A stretch of DNA of 64,000 bases from the human T2T-CHM13v2.0 reference genome, Homo sapiens (GCF_009914755.1 NC_060934.1); one strand, 5' to 3'. Counted from the first letter of the stretch, positions 32,719-45,340 are shown. Notes: generated by a model not told the origin, from the letters alone. Numbers and translations: made by a program.

Positions 32719-34645
32719 GATGTACTGTTTTTAAAATTCGTTTTATGTTTCTCATCACATTTCCATTTAGCTAATTTCTATTGCTGTATCTTCAGATTCA
32801 CTGATTCTTTCCTCAGCTGTGTCATATCCACTGAAGAGCATGTTGAGACATTCTTCATCTATGTTACTGTATTTTTTGTCTTTTCTGTTTCTATTTGATT
32901 GTAGGATTTCTGCTTCTCTTCAGAAATTACCCATCTGCTACCGCATGTTGAACCTTTCACATTAGAACCTCTCAGGTATTAATCACAGTCATTTCCCATC
33001 TCCTGTCTGACAGTTCCAACCTTGGCGCCATGTCGGATTCTGGTTCGGATGCCTGCCTTGTCTCCTAGACTGAGCTCTGAGCTCTTCTTGTGTTTCACAT
33101 GCCTCCTGTTTTTGTTATTGTTGCTTTGTTGGAAGTTGAACATCTTATGGAGGGTGGTGTGTACGGAAGTAATTTTTTTACACTGAACATGAGCATGCCT
33201 TTCCTTCTGCTAGACCTTCAGCATGGACGGTTGTGTTAATGCTGTCACCAGTTTGGCTGAATTTGAAGTTTGTTGTGCTCTAGTTACCCTCAGAGCCAGA
33301 GAGTTCCGATTCCTCTGGTTATACCTTGTGTTTAGGGTGTGAACTACTTTTCCAGAGGGTTTTCCCCACTGCCTGTATTCTGCCTGGCTTAGGAGTCTGG
33401 CGGGGTGGTTTTGGGTCTACTCTTTGTGTTGCTCCCTGTGAATAATCTGTTGTTGCAGTTCTCCTGGCTAGGCACCACTGCCATGTGTGCCTGATGTCTG
33501 TTAGCATGGTGTTGGGGGAAGGGAGAAGGGTGCCTCAAATGTTCTGAGTAGGCCTGGACTCAGGCAGGCTCAGTGCAACTGATGCTTTCCTAAGTGCCCT
33601 GTACCTGCTCTAGCTCTGATGAGGGATCTTGCGTGCGTTTTTCTGCCTTCCCCAGGTATGCAGATTTCCTTTAATATCGCCTTCCCCTAGCTGCAGTGGG
33701 TTTCCCCACGGCAGGGTGCATTGCTCTTTCTCTGAAGATTAAGGCTGCTGTTCCCTTCTCTAAGCAGGATGGGGAGGGAGCTGTCTCAGCATTCTCAGTG
33801 ATCTTCCCTGGGAGTGGATTTTGGGCTTCATGGAGGAAAATCCTGCAAGTGGTGCTAATGCCCCCAAATCTCCATCCCCTTCAGGTATCCTCCTTCTCAT
33901 GCTAGCCATCCAAAAGTTGTAAGATTCAAAATAGAATAACTTGTGTCAAATCCTGGCCTAAATTGTGGGTGCAGTGAAGTGGATGAGGGGAGATGGGCTG
34001 AGGTGAGTTTGGAGAAAGGGCCAGAAACCAGGTTGTGCAGGGCCATGGGGGCCAAAGGAAGGAACTGGTGTCATGCTAAGGGAGCCAGTGGAGGAACTGG
34101 AATTTGGCACTTCCTTGATCTTATTTACTTTTAAAGGAGGCTAGTCTGAAAGTTTGGGAGAGGGCGAGTGGGCAGCATGGTTTATAAGGTCCGTACTCAA
34201 CCCCAAATCCCATGACCCTGTCCCATGTCTATATCTACTGCAGGATAATGAGCTTCTGCTTCCATCTCTCTCAAAATATTACTTATCTGTCTGAAAAAAA
34301 AAATACAACTTATCCTTTACAAATACTACTTATCCTTTACAACAGAGCTGGGGAAGGCCATGAAGGGAGGACTCTCACCCATAATTTAACTGATAACAGG
34401 AGCTATCACAAAGTTATTCCAAACCACAGCTTACTACGTGAGTCACACAAGGACAGAGAGCAGCAGATACAAAAACTCCTGCCTGACACACTGTCTCATA
34501 AGCCCAACCCCAAACTGCAAGGGCCTAACCTGAACTCCAAGACCACAAGTCCTATCTAACAACCATTGACACCAATCAGAACTCTCTGGCTCTTGTAAAA
34601 AGCCATGAGCTGTCTTCTTTTTGGTGTCTGCAAGAAACCATTTGG

Positions 34646-36666
34646 TTTTTCCTTCCAACTTTTAGGTTCAGGGGATTCATGTGCAGGCTTATTACATGGG
34701 TAAATTGTGTGATGCTGGGGTTTGGTGTACAAATTATTTCATTACCCAGGTAGTGAGAATAGTACCTGACTGATAGTTTTAGATCCTCATTCTCTTTCCA
34801 ACTTCCACCGTCAGGTAGGCCCCAGTGTGTACTGTTCCCTTCTTTATGTCCATGTGTACTCAATGTTTAACTCCTACATGAGAACATGTGGTGTTTGATT
34901 TTCTATTCCTGCATTAATTCTCTCAGGATATTGGTCTTTAGTTGCATCTATGTTGCTGCAAAAAACATGATCCTCATTCTTTTTTTAAGGCTATGTAGTA
35001 TTTCATGGTGTATATGTACCACATTTTCTTTATCCAGTTCACCATTGATGGACACCTAAGTTGATTCCATGTCTTTGCTATTGTGAGTAGTGCTGTGACG
35101 AACATATGCATGTGTGTCTTTATGGTACAATGACTTATATTCTTTTGGGTATATACTCAGTAACACACCCAGAGGATTCCTTATATTCCAAAGGACTATA
35201 AGTTGTTCTACCATAAAGACACACATGCATATGTCAAAATGGGTCAAATGGTAGTTCTGTTGCTGTTTTTTTTCCAAATCAGTAAGTCTTTTATTGCATC
35301 GTTTAAATATCACAAGTAGGTCTTAGGAGTCATCCGGCATCTTGTTTCTGTAGCTGAGCTGGGCAACTCTTAGATCTTATTCATCAGCATGCTGAGCAGT
35401 TTCTTTTTCAGAGACATAGATACCATCCAAAAATTTCCTGATATGCTGAGCAGTTTCTTTTTCAGAGACATAGATACCATCCAAAAATTTCCTGATATGC
35501 TTGTTTTTAACTGTTGTTGCTTGCTGAATCAAAGCCGCTGAATTTGAAACAAGCTCAATGTCATTTCCTTCAAGGATTAATTCATGTTTCTGGGTTTGAC
35601 ATACTGAACAAGCAACACCTGGTCTCATCCTAACCCTGCGGATGTATTTTTCACCCAAGAAATTTCGGATTTCAACAAAAGACCCATTCTCCCGGGTAAC
35701 GATGTTGATGGGGAAGTGAGCATACACAGATCTCATCTTGTAATGGAAGCCCAGTGTAACACCCTTGATCATGTTCTGTACATGACTACAAATAGTCTGA
35801 ACCATAGCCGGTTCCTTTCTGTTACCTCACCACAAGTGTTGTTAAGCCGGAGCCTCTTTTTTTTCTTTACAAGAAGACTGAGTTCTATACTGATGTGATT
35901 GAAGTCCCTCCACAGAGTTCCTCTGGGGCCCTTCACAATAACTTTGCATCCCTTCAGAGTAATGACATTTTCCGGAATATCAACAGTCTGATTGCTGCGG
36001 ATGGTCTTCATTCTTGCAGTAGACACGGTAAATAAAGTGGTAGTTCTGTTTTAAGTTCTTAGAGATATCTCCAAACTGATTTCCACAGTGACTGAACTAA
36101 TTTACATTCCCACCAGCAGTGTGCAAGCATTCCCTTTTCTCTGTAACCTTGCCAGCATTTGTTATTTTTTGGCTCTTTAATAACAGCCATTCTGACTTGT
36201 GTGAGATGGCATCTTATTGTGGTTTTGACTTGCATTTCTCTAATGATTAGTGATGTTGAGCATTTTTTTCATATGCTTGTTGGCCACATGTATATCTAAT
36301 CTTCTTTTGAAAAGTGCCTGTTCATGTCTTTTGCCCACTGTTTAATGAGGTTGTTTTTTGTTTGTTGATTTGTTTAAGTTCCTTTTAGATTCTGGCTATT
36401 AGACCTTTGTCAGATGCATAGTTTGCAAATATTTTCTCCCATTCTTTAGGTTGTCTGTTTACTCTGTTGATAGTTTATTTTGCTGTGCAGAAGCTCTTTA
36501 GTTTAATTAGGTCCCACTTGTCAATTTTTGTTTTTGTTGCAATTGCTTTTGGAGTCTTCATGAAATCTTTGCCAGGGTCTATGTCCAGAATGGTATTTCC
36601 TAGGTTTTCTTCCAGGGTTTTTATAGTCTTAGATTTCACATTTATTTCTTTAAGCCATCTTCAACT
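34646..36666 (-). mobile_element. 5'-truncated older primate L1 (L1PA15/16- or L1PB-like 3' end) interrupted by the RPL9 retrocopy
   Basis: 3' UTR-type sequence (ggttcagggg...ttacatgggtaaattg...acccaggtagtgag) and ORF2 C-terminal sequence continue across the pseudogene TSD. Confidence 0.85.
35262..36037 (-). pseudogene. RPL9P21: Processed pseudogene of 60S ribosomal protein L9 (probably RPL9P21, from memory of this locus)
   Basis: Intronless RPL9 homology from ATG 36011 ([16 protein letters not shown]) to TAA 35377, with a frameshift near 35835 and one missing codon. AATAAA at 35295-35290, a short poly-A remnant, and 13-bp TSD tggtagttctgtt at 35249-35261 and 36038-36050. Confidence 0.93.
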
Positions 36667-37888
36667 TTTTTTTCAAAACAACTTGTGTAATCTCCTCTTT
36701 CCCTAGTAACACCCTAACCTTTTCCTTTGTTCTCCAGACATTCCAGAGGCCACCCTGGTCTGTGTGTATGTCCTGAATTGCAATCCCACTTCTTGTTTAT
36801 TATTCCCAAATAAAACCTTCCTATTTAGAGATTTACTTCTTTATATTTTTTATGTTGACAATTAGTTCATTTAAAAATTTTAGCTGAATCTTCTTACCAG
36901 TTTATATGGCACCTAATGGTGTCTGCCTAGGTAAACAAATACTCAAATCCTGCTTCTTTTGGCATGAAGCTGTGTCTCCCTGGATTTTGGGTTAGTTGGT
37001 TGACCTGTGACCTCAGTACTCTGAGGGGTTCAAGAAAAGTCGTGATTGTGCAATTTGTCTAGCTTTTTTTTCTGGTTGTAAGAGGGATACATTGTTCTAA
37101 CCCTCTACATTTTCTGAGCTGACACAGGAAGCCCTTTCCTCAGGTCTAAACACATAGAAAGCAAGATTTTCTCAGATATTTGTGCCAGAACTACTACTTT
37201 CCTCTTTTTCCGGGAGAGAAGACTTATGTAAATGAGTTTGCAAGGCTCTGCTCTTGTTTTGAAAAACACATCTGCACATGTCCGTGCTTGCCAGAAACCT
37301 CAAATTGTTCAGCCAGTCTCCTGAGCACTGTAGCTTTCCCATTTTGGAAAAGCCTTTGGAAAATAGGAGTGAAGATTGAGTTGTGTTTTAACCAGGGTTT
37401 CTGTACTCCAACCAGAGGAGTGCCGGCTGAAAGAATCATTATGGAAAGGATGGGGCTGAGGCAGAAACTGAGCCAGCCATTGGGATGTCAGGGCTGGCCC
37501 TGGAGGGCTGTGCGAGCCCTAGGGCTGCAGCCGGGCTCCTGGCTCCCTGGCAAGGTTCTGGTAATCGTGGCTTGAGAAAGGAAGTGAAAGCTTCCCTTTT
37601 TAAGCTATGTTGTAAACTCCCTCAGCAAAGTTGTTTATAGGAGGTGGTAGAATAAATATTATTTAAGGTACAGTTTGGGGAGATTAGGACTCTAATCTCA
37701 CCTGAGGGAAGTGAATATGTCCAGCTGCTGAAGAATGTTAAATAGGCCAGCTCAGGAAGGGCCCCCAGGCTGTTTGCCTAATGCTGTCCCCAAGAGAGGG
37801 ATGGAAAGTGCCCTCCTTCTAGGACCAGGGAGAGCAGAAAGTGGGGAGCACAGGAGGGTAGCTTGGGGATCATCTCACACACTCCTCC

Positions 37889-38321
37889 TGTGAGTTTGCT
37901 AAAGCTTTGTTAACAAACCATCACAAACTGGATAGCTTAAACAACAGAAAATTATCATTGCCCACTTCTGGAGGTGGGAAGTTTGAAAATGAAGTGTTGG
38001 CAGGGTTGGTTCCTTCTGAGAGCTGTGAGCAGGGATCTGCTCCAGGTCTCCTCCCTTGGCTTGTAGACGGCTGTTTCCTCCCTGTGTCTTTTCACAGGGT
38101 CTTCTCTCTGTGAGTGTTTGCCTCTGTACCCCAATTTCCCCTTTTCATAAGGACTCTAGCCGTATTGGCATACTGGCTTAGTGGCCCACCCTGCTCCAGT
38201 ATGGCCTCATGTTAACTGATTAATTTACAAAGATCCTCCTTCCAAATAAGGCCAAATGCTGAGGGCTGGGGGTTAGGACTTCAGTACATGGATTTGGGAA
38301 GGACATAGTTCATCCCACACA
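37889..38321 (-). mobile_element. MLT1 (MaLR) solo LTR, MLT1B/C-like
   Basis: Characteristic cacaaactgg...gcttaaacaacagaaa...ttctggagg...gcagggttggttccttctgag...ggggttaggacttca. Confidence 0.85.
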
Positions 38322-38379
38322 ATTCCTCGTTTTAAAGAAGGCACGTTGAGACTGAGGAGGAAAGAGAAGTGGAATGGAG

Positions 38380-38940
38380 CATTTAACAGCAGATATTTAT
38401 GGGGGGCGGGTAACCATGTGGCACTGTCTGGTGCTGGGGCCATCGTCAAGTCTAAGCTGCCTCCTGCTCTCCCAGAGTCACATCTTAGTGAGGAGATGAA
38501 GACCTTTCAAAGAAAGTGAAGGCAACTCCAGAGAGGGACAGATATTTTGAAAATCATCAAAGATGCCAACTACCTCAAGCTTGAGGTCACCTGCACATGT
38601 GTTGGGGAAGAGGTCCTTGAACCAGGGTTGCTGGGACTCAGTAAATCCTGGATCATGGGAAGGAGACAGTCACAGAGCCACCTGCCAGGAAAGTGCTCCA
38701 GAGACGGGGGCATCTTGTGCAAAGGCCCTGAGGTAGGAACATGCTTGGTTCGTATGAGAAAAGGAAGAAGGCCAGTGTGGCTGCGGTGATGTGGACAAGG
38801 GAACATGGATTGAGGTGAGGTTGGAGAAAGGGCCCGGAACCAGGTCACACAGGCCTGTAGGGGCTGAGGGAAGGGGACAGTGGAGGGACTGGAATTTGGT
38901 ACTTACCTTTATTTACTTTTAAAGAAGTCCACTCTGAAGG
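38380..38940 (-). mobile_element. L2 3' fragment
   Basis: L2-like motifs such as cctgctctcccagagtcacatcttagtg and gtgcaaaggccctgaggtaggaacatgcttgg...gaaggccagtgtggctg. Confidence 0.7.
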
Positions 38941-41090
38941 TTGGGGGGAAGGATGGGTGGACAGAGTGTTCCATAAGGTCCCTTCTAGACCCCAAACCCC
39001 ATGGCTTTATCCCATCTCTATATCCAATGCAGGGTAATGGGCATTTAGCCTCTTCTGCTTCCATTTCTCAACATACTACCTCTCCTTATGTCTCCTTTAG
39101 GCCCAGGATAAATGCCACTGTGCTTCTGAGCTGACTCGGTTTGGTTTCCCAGTTGGATATTGGGTCCTTTCTCCACTGGCTCTGAGCACTCAGCTGGTTT
39201 CCCCTCCTGGACTTTTATACCCTGCGAGCGGGAGGGGTTCTGTGCAGGCTCCTCTTCCCCAGAAGCAGACACCTTAAGGTGGAGCTCAGTCTACCACCAG
39301 ACCTTTCTGGGCCCTTTACTGGTTAAGGGCGGGGACAGTGTTTGAGGAGAAGAGGAAAGGAGAAAGGAGGGATGGAGGCAAAAAGAAGAAAGGAGGGAAG
39401 GAAGGAAGGAAGGAAGGAAGGAGAGTACTTATTAATCAAATACTTTGGCCATATTGCAGGCTTAAGTTGTCATGGCAAGCATCTGTGAATGGGTGTGTGT
39501 GTGTGCGCGTGCATGCACACACACACACAAAGGGTGGGGTGGTGTCCTGCCTTCCCAGGCAGTACACCTGGTGTTTCAGTGACCCTCAGGTGAGATACAG
39601 AGACAGGGCAGGACAGAGGTGAAGAACCAGCCTGGATCCCAGCTCCACCAAGAACCAACTACACGGCCCTGGGCAGGTGACAGGGTGCTCATGTCCACCA
39701 TGGGGACGATACCCTTGCCTGCCTTCTTGGGTTGCTGTGGCAATAGATACAGGTGCTCAGGAAGTATCGGCTCCTATTGGCTGCGTCCCATCAAACAGTT
39801 TGCATGCTAGGGTGAGTCTCATCTTGAGCCTCTTTTCTTGATTCTACTTTAAAGAGCAGACGTTACCATGCTTTCCCATGACGTCCCAGAGGCCTAAATG
39901 CTGAGTATGAACGCAAGCCCTTGAAGATCTTTCTTCTTTCCCAGCAAACCTTGTGTGGACTGCTTCCTCTTGGTTGGAGGAATGCAACAAGCTAGTTCTC
40001 TCTATTGTCCTTTTTTCCCACAGCCTGGAAGGCAGGAGCTCAGAGTTGCATCTTTGTGCTGTAGCTTAATAATGGTGTTGCACAGAGCCGGTACTCTGAA
40101 ACCAGCCTGTTCCGAGGGGAAGTCCTGGCTCTGTTGCTTTCTGGAAAGCTATTGAACCTCTCGGAGCCCTGGTCTCCTCTCCACGATGCCTCCCTCGTGG
40201 GCTTCTGTGAGTATTAAGTGAGATAATTATGGGGGTTCAAAGGGGAGCACTTCAGCGTTTTCTCCTCCTCCCATCCCACTTGCAAATTATCCCCACAGTG
40301 AGCCACGTGATGGTGGAGGTGTCAGAGCCCTCGGGGATTCTGGGAGGAGGAACAAGTTGGGACTCACAAAGGTATTGCTGGCATGCAGAGTCATTCTTGG
40401 TAGCACCTTGGGCAGGTATCAGTTCCTTGCCCCACTGAAGAGCGTGGCACATAGCACAGAAGGGAGAGAGGTTTGTTCTCTTCTTGCCTAAATACTGTGT
40501 TCCTCCCGGGGGAGTTCTCAGGCCAGACCAGTAGATGGTCTCCTGCCCGCCTCCTGTTTTTTGACGCTGGTGCAATTCTGCCCTCCATTGGTGAGCCCAG
40601 GATCACTGATTGTGATACTGGACTTCCAGCCTGGACCTCTGGCTGGCTCCCCCAAGGATGTGCCTCTGGGAACTGTTCCAGCCTCCATGACCTGTATTTG
40701 GGCTGCTGGTCTCATGGAAGTTATGTCCTCATGGAGATATGAGAAGGATCGTCTGTTTATATCTCTAAGCCTGAGCTGCAGACTGTTGGGTTGCTGTGGT
40801 AGGAATTCTCCATGGGTGTGGAGGCCATTTTTTCCATAGCTGGGAAAAATGCATCTGGGCAAATTTGTTCTGGAGCTCCAGGCATGGGCAGGTGCACCAA
40901 GGCAGTAAGCCAGGGAAGCATGTTCTCTGTGGAGGAGGAGAGGAAGGCTTAGAGGGGGGCACCTGCGGAAGACATGCACTGGAGATGCCCCTGCCACTCC
41001 CAGCCTTCATATGTGGTGAAGGGAGGAAATAGAGGGCTTGGCTGGAGGCTTCCTGAAGGCTGGCAGGGAGGAGCTCACAAGCCTATATGT

Positions 41091-41125
41091 CTACAGTTAA
41101 TCTTAGCCAAAAGGCAAAGAAGCAA
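41091..41125 (-). pseudogene. 3'-truncated U2 snRNA retropseudogene (~35 nt)
   Basis: Minus-strand ttgcttctttgccttttggctaagattaactgtag aligns to the U2 5' end (tcgcttctcggccttttggctaagatcaagtgtag). It is flanked by imperfect 17-bp direct repeats cacaagcctatatgtct / cacaagctcatatgcct. Confidence 0.85.
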
Positions 41126-41894
41126 CACAAGCTCATATGCCTGAAGAGCCAGAAGAATTAGGCTTCACTAAGACAGCAGAGCAGGAAGTCCTGCCTGTGT
41201 CTAACTTGCCTGTGCAATGGAGCAGAGTGGGGTGCATTGGGGGTTGCAGGAACACCCAGGGGTTTACACAGAAGCTCATGCATGACAGGCTTTAACACTC
41301 AGCTTAGGAAAAGTACAGATGATTTCAGGGAAGTGAATAAACTTTGCAGATTAAAGTTGAGGTCAAGTCTACACACTTAACACTTGCTGTTGTATTATAC
41401 AGCAGTTTCTCCTGAGGAAACTTCTTCATGTAGCTTTGCAGGAGATGTCTTTATCCCAGCAGATATTCTGAGAACTACTGGAGAGGTGGTGATTGTATTC
41501 CATTTTGGAATATTGTCTGAAGTAGTTATCACGGAGGAAGTTAATAAAACTTGCATTGGCTGCTGTGTTGCACACAGTGCCCTGCATTTGGAAGGCAGGC
41601 CCATGATACACAACACTTCCTTTCAGTATGATTGTTCCCATTGCTTTTATTCATCAAAACTCTTCTGGAAACCCAGTTTCTCTAGCAGGTCTTCTCAGAC
41701 TATTAAAGCAATCGTTTCCCATCAGCATGTGCACCATGAGGCACTTTGTGACAATTCATACGACTACCAGCTCCTGAGAATTGCTGCATGGTGAACACTT
41801 AGCTGTGGGGTTCACCTTTGGCATGCCTTCTTATTTAATTCTCGTGACTCCTACCTCTCATACCTTACCTGATCCTCAGGGCAACTTTGAATTT

Positions 41895-42030
41895 AGGCAG
41901 TGCTATTACGCCTGTATTACAGATGAAGAATCTGAGGCCCAGAGAGGCCAAGTTTCCTGAGACCACGCAGCTACTAATTAAAGACAGGACCAGGGCTTGC
42001 ACTCGGCATGGTCTGGTCTGCCCCAGCACC
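41895..42030 (+). mobile_element. MIR
   Basis: MIR core ttacagatgaagaatctgaggcccagagaggccaagtttcctgagaccacgcagcta. Confidence 0.75.
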
Positions 42031-44411
42031 CAGAAAACCATGGAACTATAGCTCAGCACTGCAGAGGGCTGCTGACTGGGCTGGGGTGAACACACACTGA
42101 CAAACAGCCTGGGCACCTCAACTTTAAAGGAAGGGATTATTAATCACAGACTCCAAGGGAGGTGACTGAGAGTACAAAGCGCTACCATATGACAAAACCA
42201 GATAATAGCAGTGGCCGGGCATTCTGCATGGCAGGTAGGTAGGGGTTCAGGGATCCAGTGACCTAAACGCACAAATCAGTGTTCAAACGATGCCCCTCCA
42301 GGCAGTGGGGAGAGATGTGTTTGGAGGAGACAGGAGTATTTCCAAGCTCTGTGTTTTTGATGCTGCATTTCTCTTCCCTCTGTTCTGGTCCTCGGGGGCT
42401 CTCTAGCCATGCACACCTGCCTGTCACCTCCTTCCAGGGGCAAAACCATCAGCATGTTCTTCCGGCTGGCTCCCCACCCTGGCCAGGCTCTACTCCCCTC
42501 TGAATGTTTACCGTGTCTAGGTTACAGGTGGAAAACTGTAAAAGCAAAAGCAAAACATGATTGTTGTTTTTGCACATAAAACTGAATTTGACAGTGTAAT
42601 TGTACAGGTCAGGCAATTGGAAAACACAGGGCTCAAGGCCTCTGTCAGAGGCAGCTGACTTGGACTGTCATGGCCTGGGTGTCAGGACTGTTGAGCTTCT
42701 CTTGCTCAGTTCATGAGCATCCCATCAGCCCCAGTCACAGGAGAGGAGGACCAGAACAGGGAGGGGCTGAGGGCCTCTCCTCCACCCACCTGCCACATGT
42801 AAACAGTGCCCACATTTTGGGGGCCTCAGTCATTAGACTTTCCAGAGTGAAAGGCATGTGAACTCTACATTGACTTTCCATGGATTGGTTTACCTGAGTG
42901 TTTGCCTTGGTAGGACCATTGTTGTCTACAGTAAAACTGTTTTTTAAAAAATCATTAATGTGTTTTATGTGTACACATCTTGCCTATATGACTAAATTGG
43001 TTTGGTATGAGAGATAAAGCAACATAGAGGTGTGATTATTGGTGAGAAGTTGTTCATTGATTTTGGACAGAGGAAAGGACCAGTGTCTGGAATGGCTGAC
43101 CCAGCAGGATAGTCAGGAAAGGAAGGGTTCTGCCTCAGCCAAGCTGGCTTTAGTTAGAAGAAGAGACTCAAATGTTTTCAGATGCGGTGAACAGGGCTGT
43201 GTCAGAGCTGCTGTGTCCACCAGCTGCTACCCACCCATGGGCAAGCTCAGGACCCTACAGGTCCAGCTAGGCTGGCCTCACATCTAGGGCCAGGGTGTCT
43301 TCCCAGAGCCAGTCTTCTATCCCGACCCAGGTGACTTCTGTGCCTCAGGCCTATCTCCTCTCTTTGCATGTCATTTGTTCATGCATCTCTCTCTGAACCT
43401 TCTCCTTTGGGGCTGAATTATGCAGCTTTTTCTCCCTGAACACATGGAATGCCTTCATCTTCCAGCTTTGACAGAGATCTTGACAGCTCCCTGTGATCTT
43501 CTGCTTCAGGGTTTCCCCGCCAGCTCTCTGCACTCATGGTTAAATGGGCCCTTCCCTTCCAGACCAAATCACCCAAGCCCCGAGGCTCCCGGCCCCTCCT
43601 CTTTCTGTTGAGAATTCCCTGGACAGAGCAGCGGGATGAGGATCCTGCCCCACTCATCGCTCCTTGCTCACAGGCACACAAGTATCTGCATCTGTGCAAG
43701 TCACCACGGACTCAGCCCAGCCAAGAAAGGTGGAACCCAGTGAACAAAATCAACCAGCAAACATGGGAGGTGGCCAAAGGCAGTGAGAGATGGATACAGT
43801 TTAGAGGCAGCTATTGGATATTTCCCTGGAGAATGAGGCATAAACGCACTTGGCTTTCAGAGTCCCAGTTTTTAGGGCCTTCCCACCCTCTCTGATTCTG
43901 CAAAGACTCGTGTGTATGGGATGGGAGTGGTGGGGGGAGATCTGGGCCCTGGCCAAGACTTCAGTCAAGAGCATCTGTGCCGTTCACCCCCACAGCAAAT
44001 CCCAACCATGTGTCTCCAAACAGTTGTTGAAATTTCATGTTCTCGAGTTAAGTAGTTCTTGCCCCAGTTTCAAAACCAGTCATTATCAAGTTTAAGTAAA
44101 GGGATGTTTTCCCTTCCTAAAGAACAACCTTCCAGCCTGTCTTGTATCTTCATGTCTGTGAGTTGCAGTGAGAGTTACTACAGAAGGATTTGTGTTAGAA
44201 AACGATCATAAAACTAGGGTTAGAGTTAGGGTACCCTAACTGTGGTAACAAGGGCAACGAGGAGATCCCTTTAGTTACGACAAAGCCAGCCTGTGAGTCA
44301 GATCCAAGGGCACACTGGATGCCTACTCTGTGCACCCCACTGACTTCTCTACACTTTTTGTGGGAAACACTTAGCCTGCTCTCAAGTCCGAGGTGTTTAT
44401 TCAACCAGTTA

Positions 44412-44831
<420 letters not shown>

Positions 44832-44914
44832 TCAGGGGAGCAAGTTATGTAAGTCAAAGCCCAGCCTCCTTCCCCCTCAGGGCTGGGGCCAGCTCTCCAG
44901 CCACTGCTCCTTCC

Positions 44915-45340
44915 TCATTCATTCATTCATTCATTCATTCCATCAGCATGAATGTGCGGAGCTCAGTCTAACACCAGACCTTGCTGGGCCCTTCACTGGT
45001 TAAGGGTTGGGACAGTGAGGAGAAGAGTCACATCTTAGTGAGGAGATGGAGGCCTCACTGCAGGTCCAATGTGTAAATTAACATGAGCTGATGCCTACCC
45101 ATGAGGAGCCACCAGCGGAAGGGGCAGAAGCCCAAGAGACAGACAACTCATACAGCAGAGAAGTGCAAAGGTCAGGGCACCTGGGCAGGGGGCCGAGCTT
45201 GCTTCTGAGGCTTCGGGAGGGAGGGTGAGATGTCTGAGATTTGTTTAACGAAGGATGGGGGAAGGGCGTTTGGGGCTAAGGGACAGTGAACAAAGGCCTG
45301 GAAAAGCAGCAAAGCCTGGCACTGAAGGGTGGAGGGAGGC
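44915..45340 (-). mobile_element. L2 3' end with a (CATT)n tail, interrupted by a locally templated insert
   Basis: (CATT)n at 44915-44943 is typical of L2 termini; L2-like sequence resumes after ~45060. Confidence 0.55.

Larger units (their letters stand above)
33918..36860 (+). mobile_element. ERV1-type (MER34-like) solo LTR in pieces: ~33918-33963, ~34290-34645 and ~36667-36860
   Basis: Begins TGTAAG, has AATAAA near 36809 and ends ...tatgttgaca. Family assignment is tentative. Confidence 0.5.

Noticed and set aside
41384-41794. 136-aa ORF or possible decayed DNA-transposon coding fragment
   Set aside because: Non-ATG start and no motif I can recognise; it needs a Dfam or tBLASTn search.
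44958-45055. Retrotransposed circular-RNA back-splice junction
   Set aside because: There is an acceptor-like ctctcccag at 38467-38475 but no GT donor at the other end (39352-39356), and no poly-A or TSD. A DNA-level mechanism fits better.
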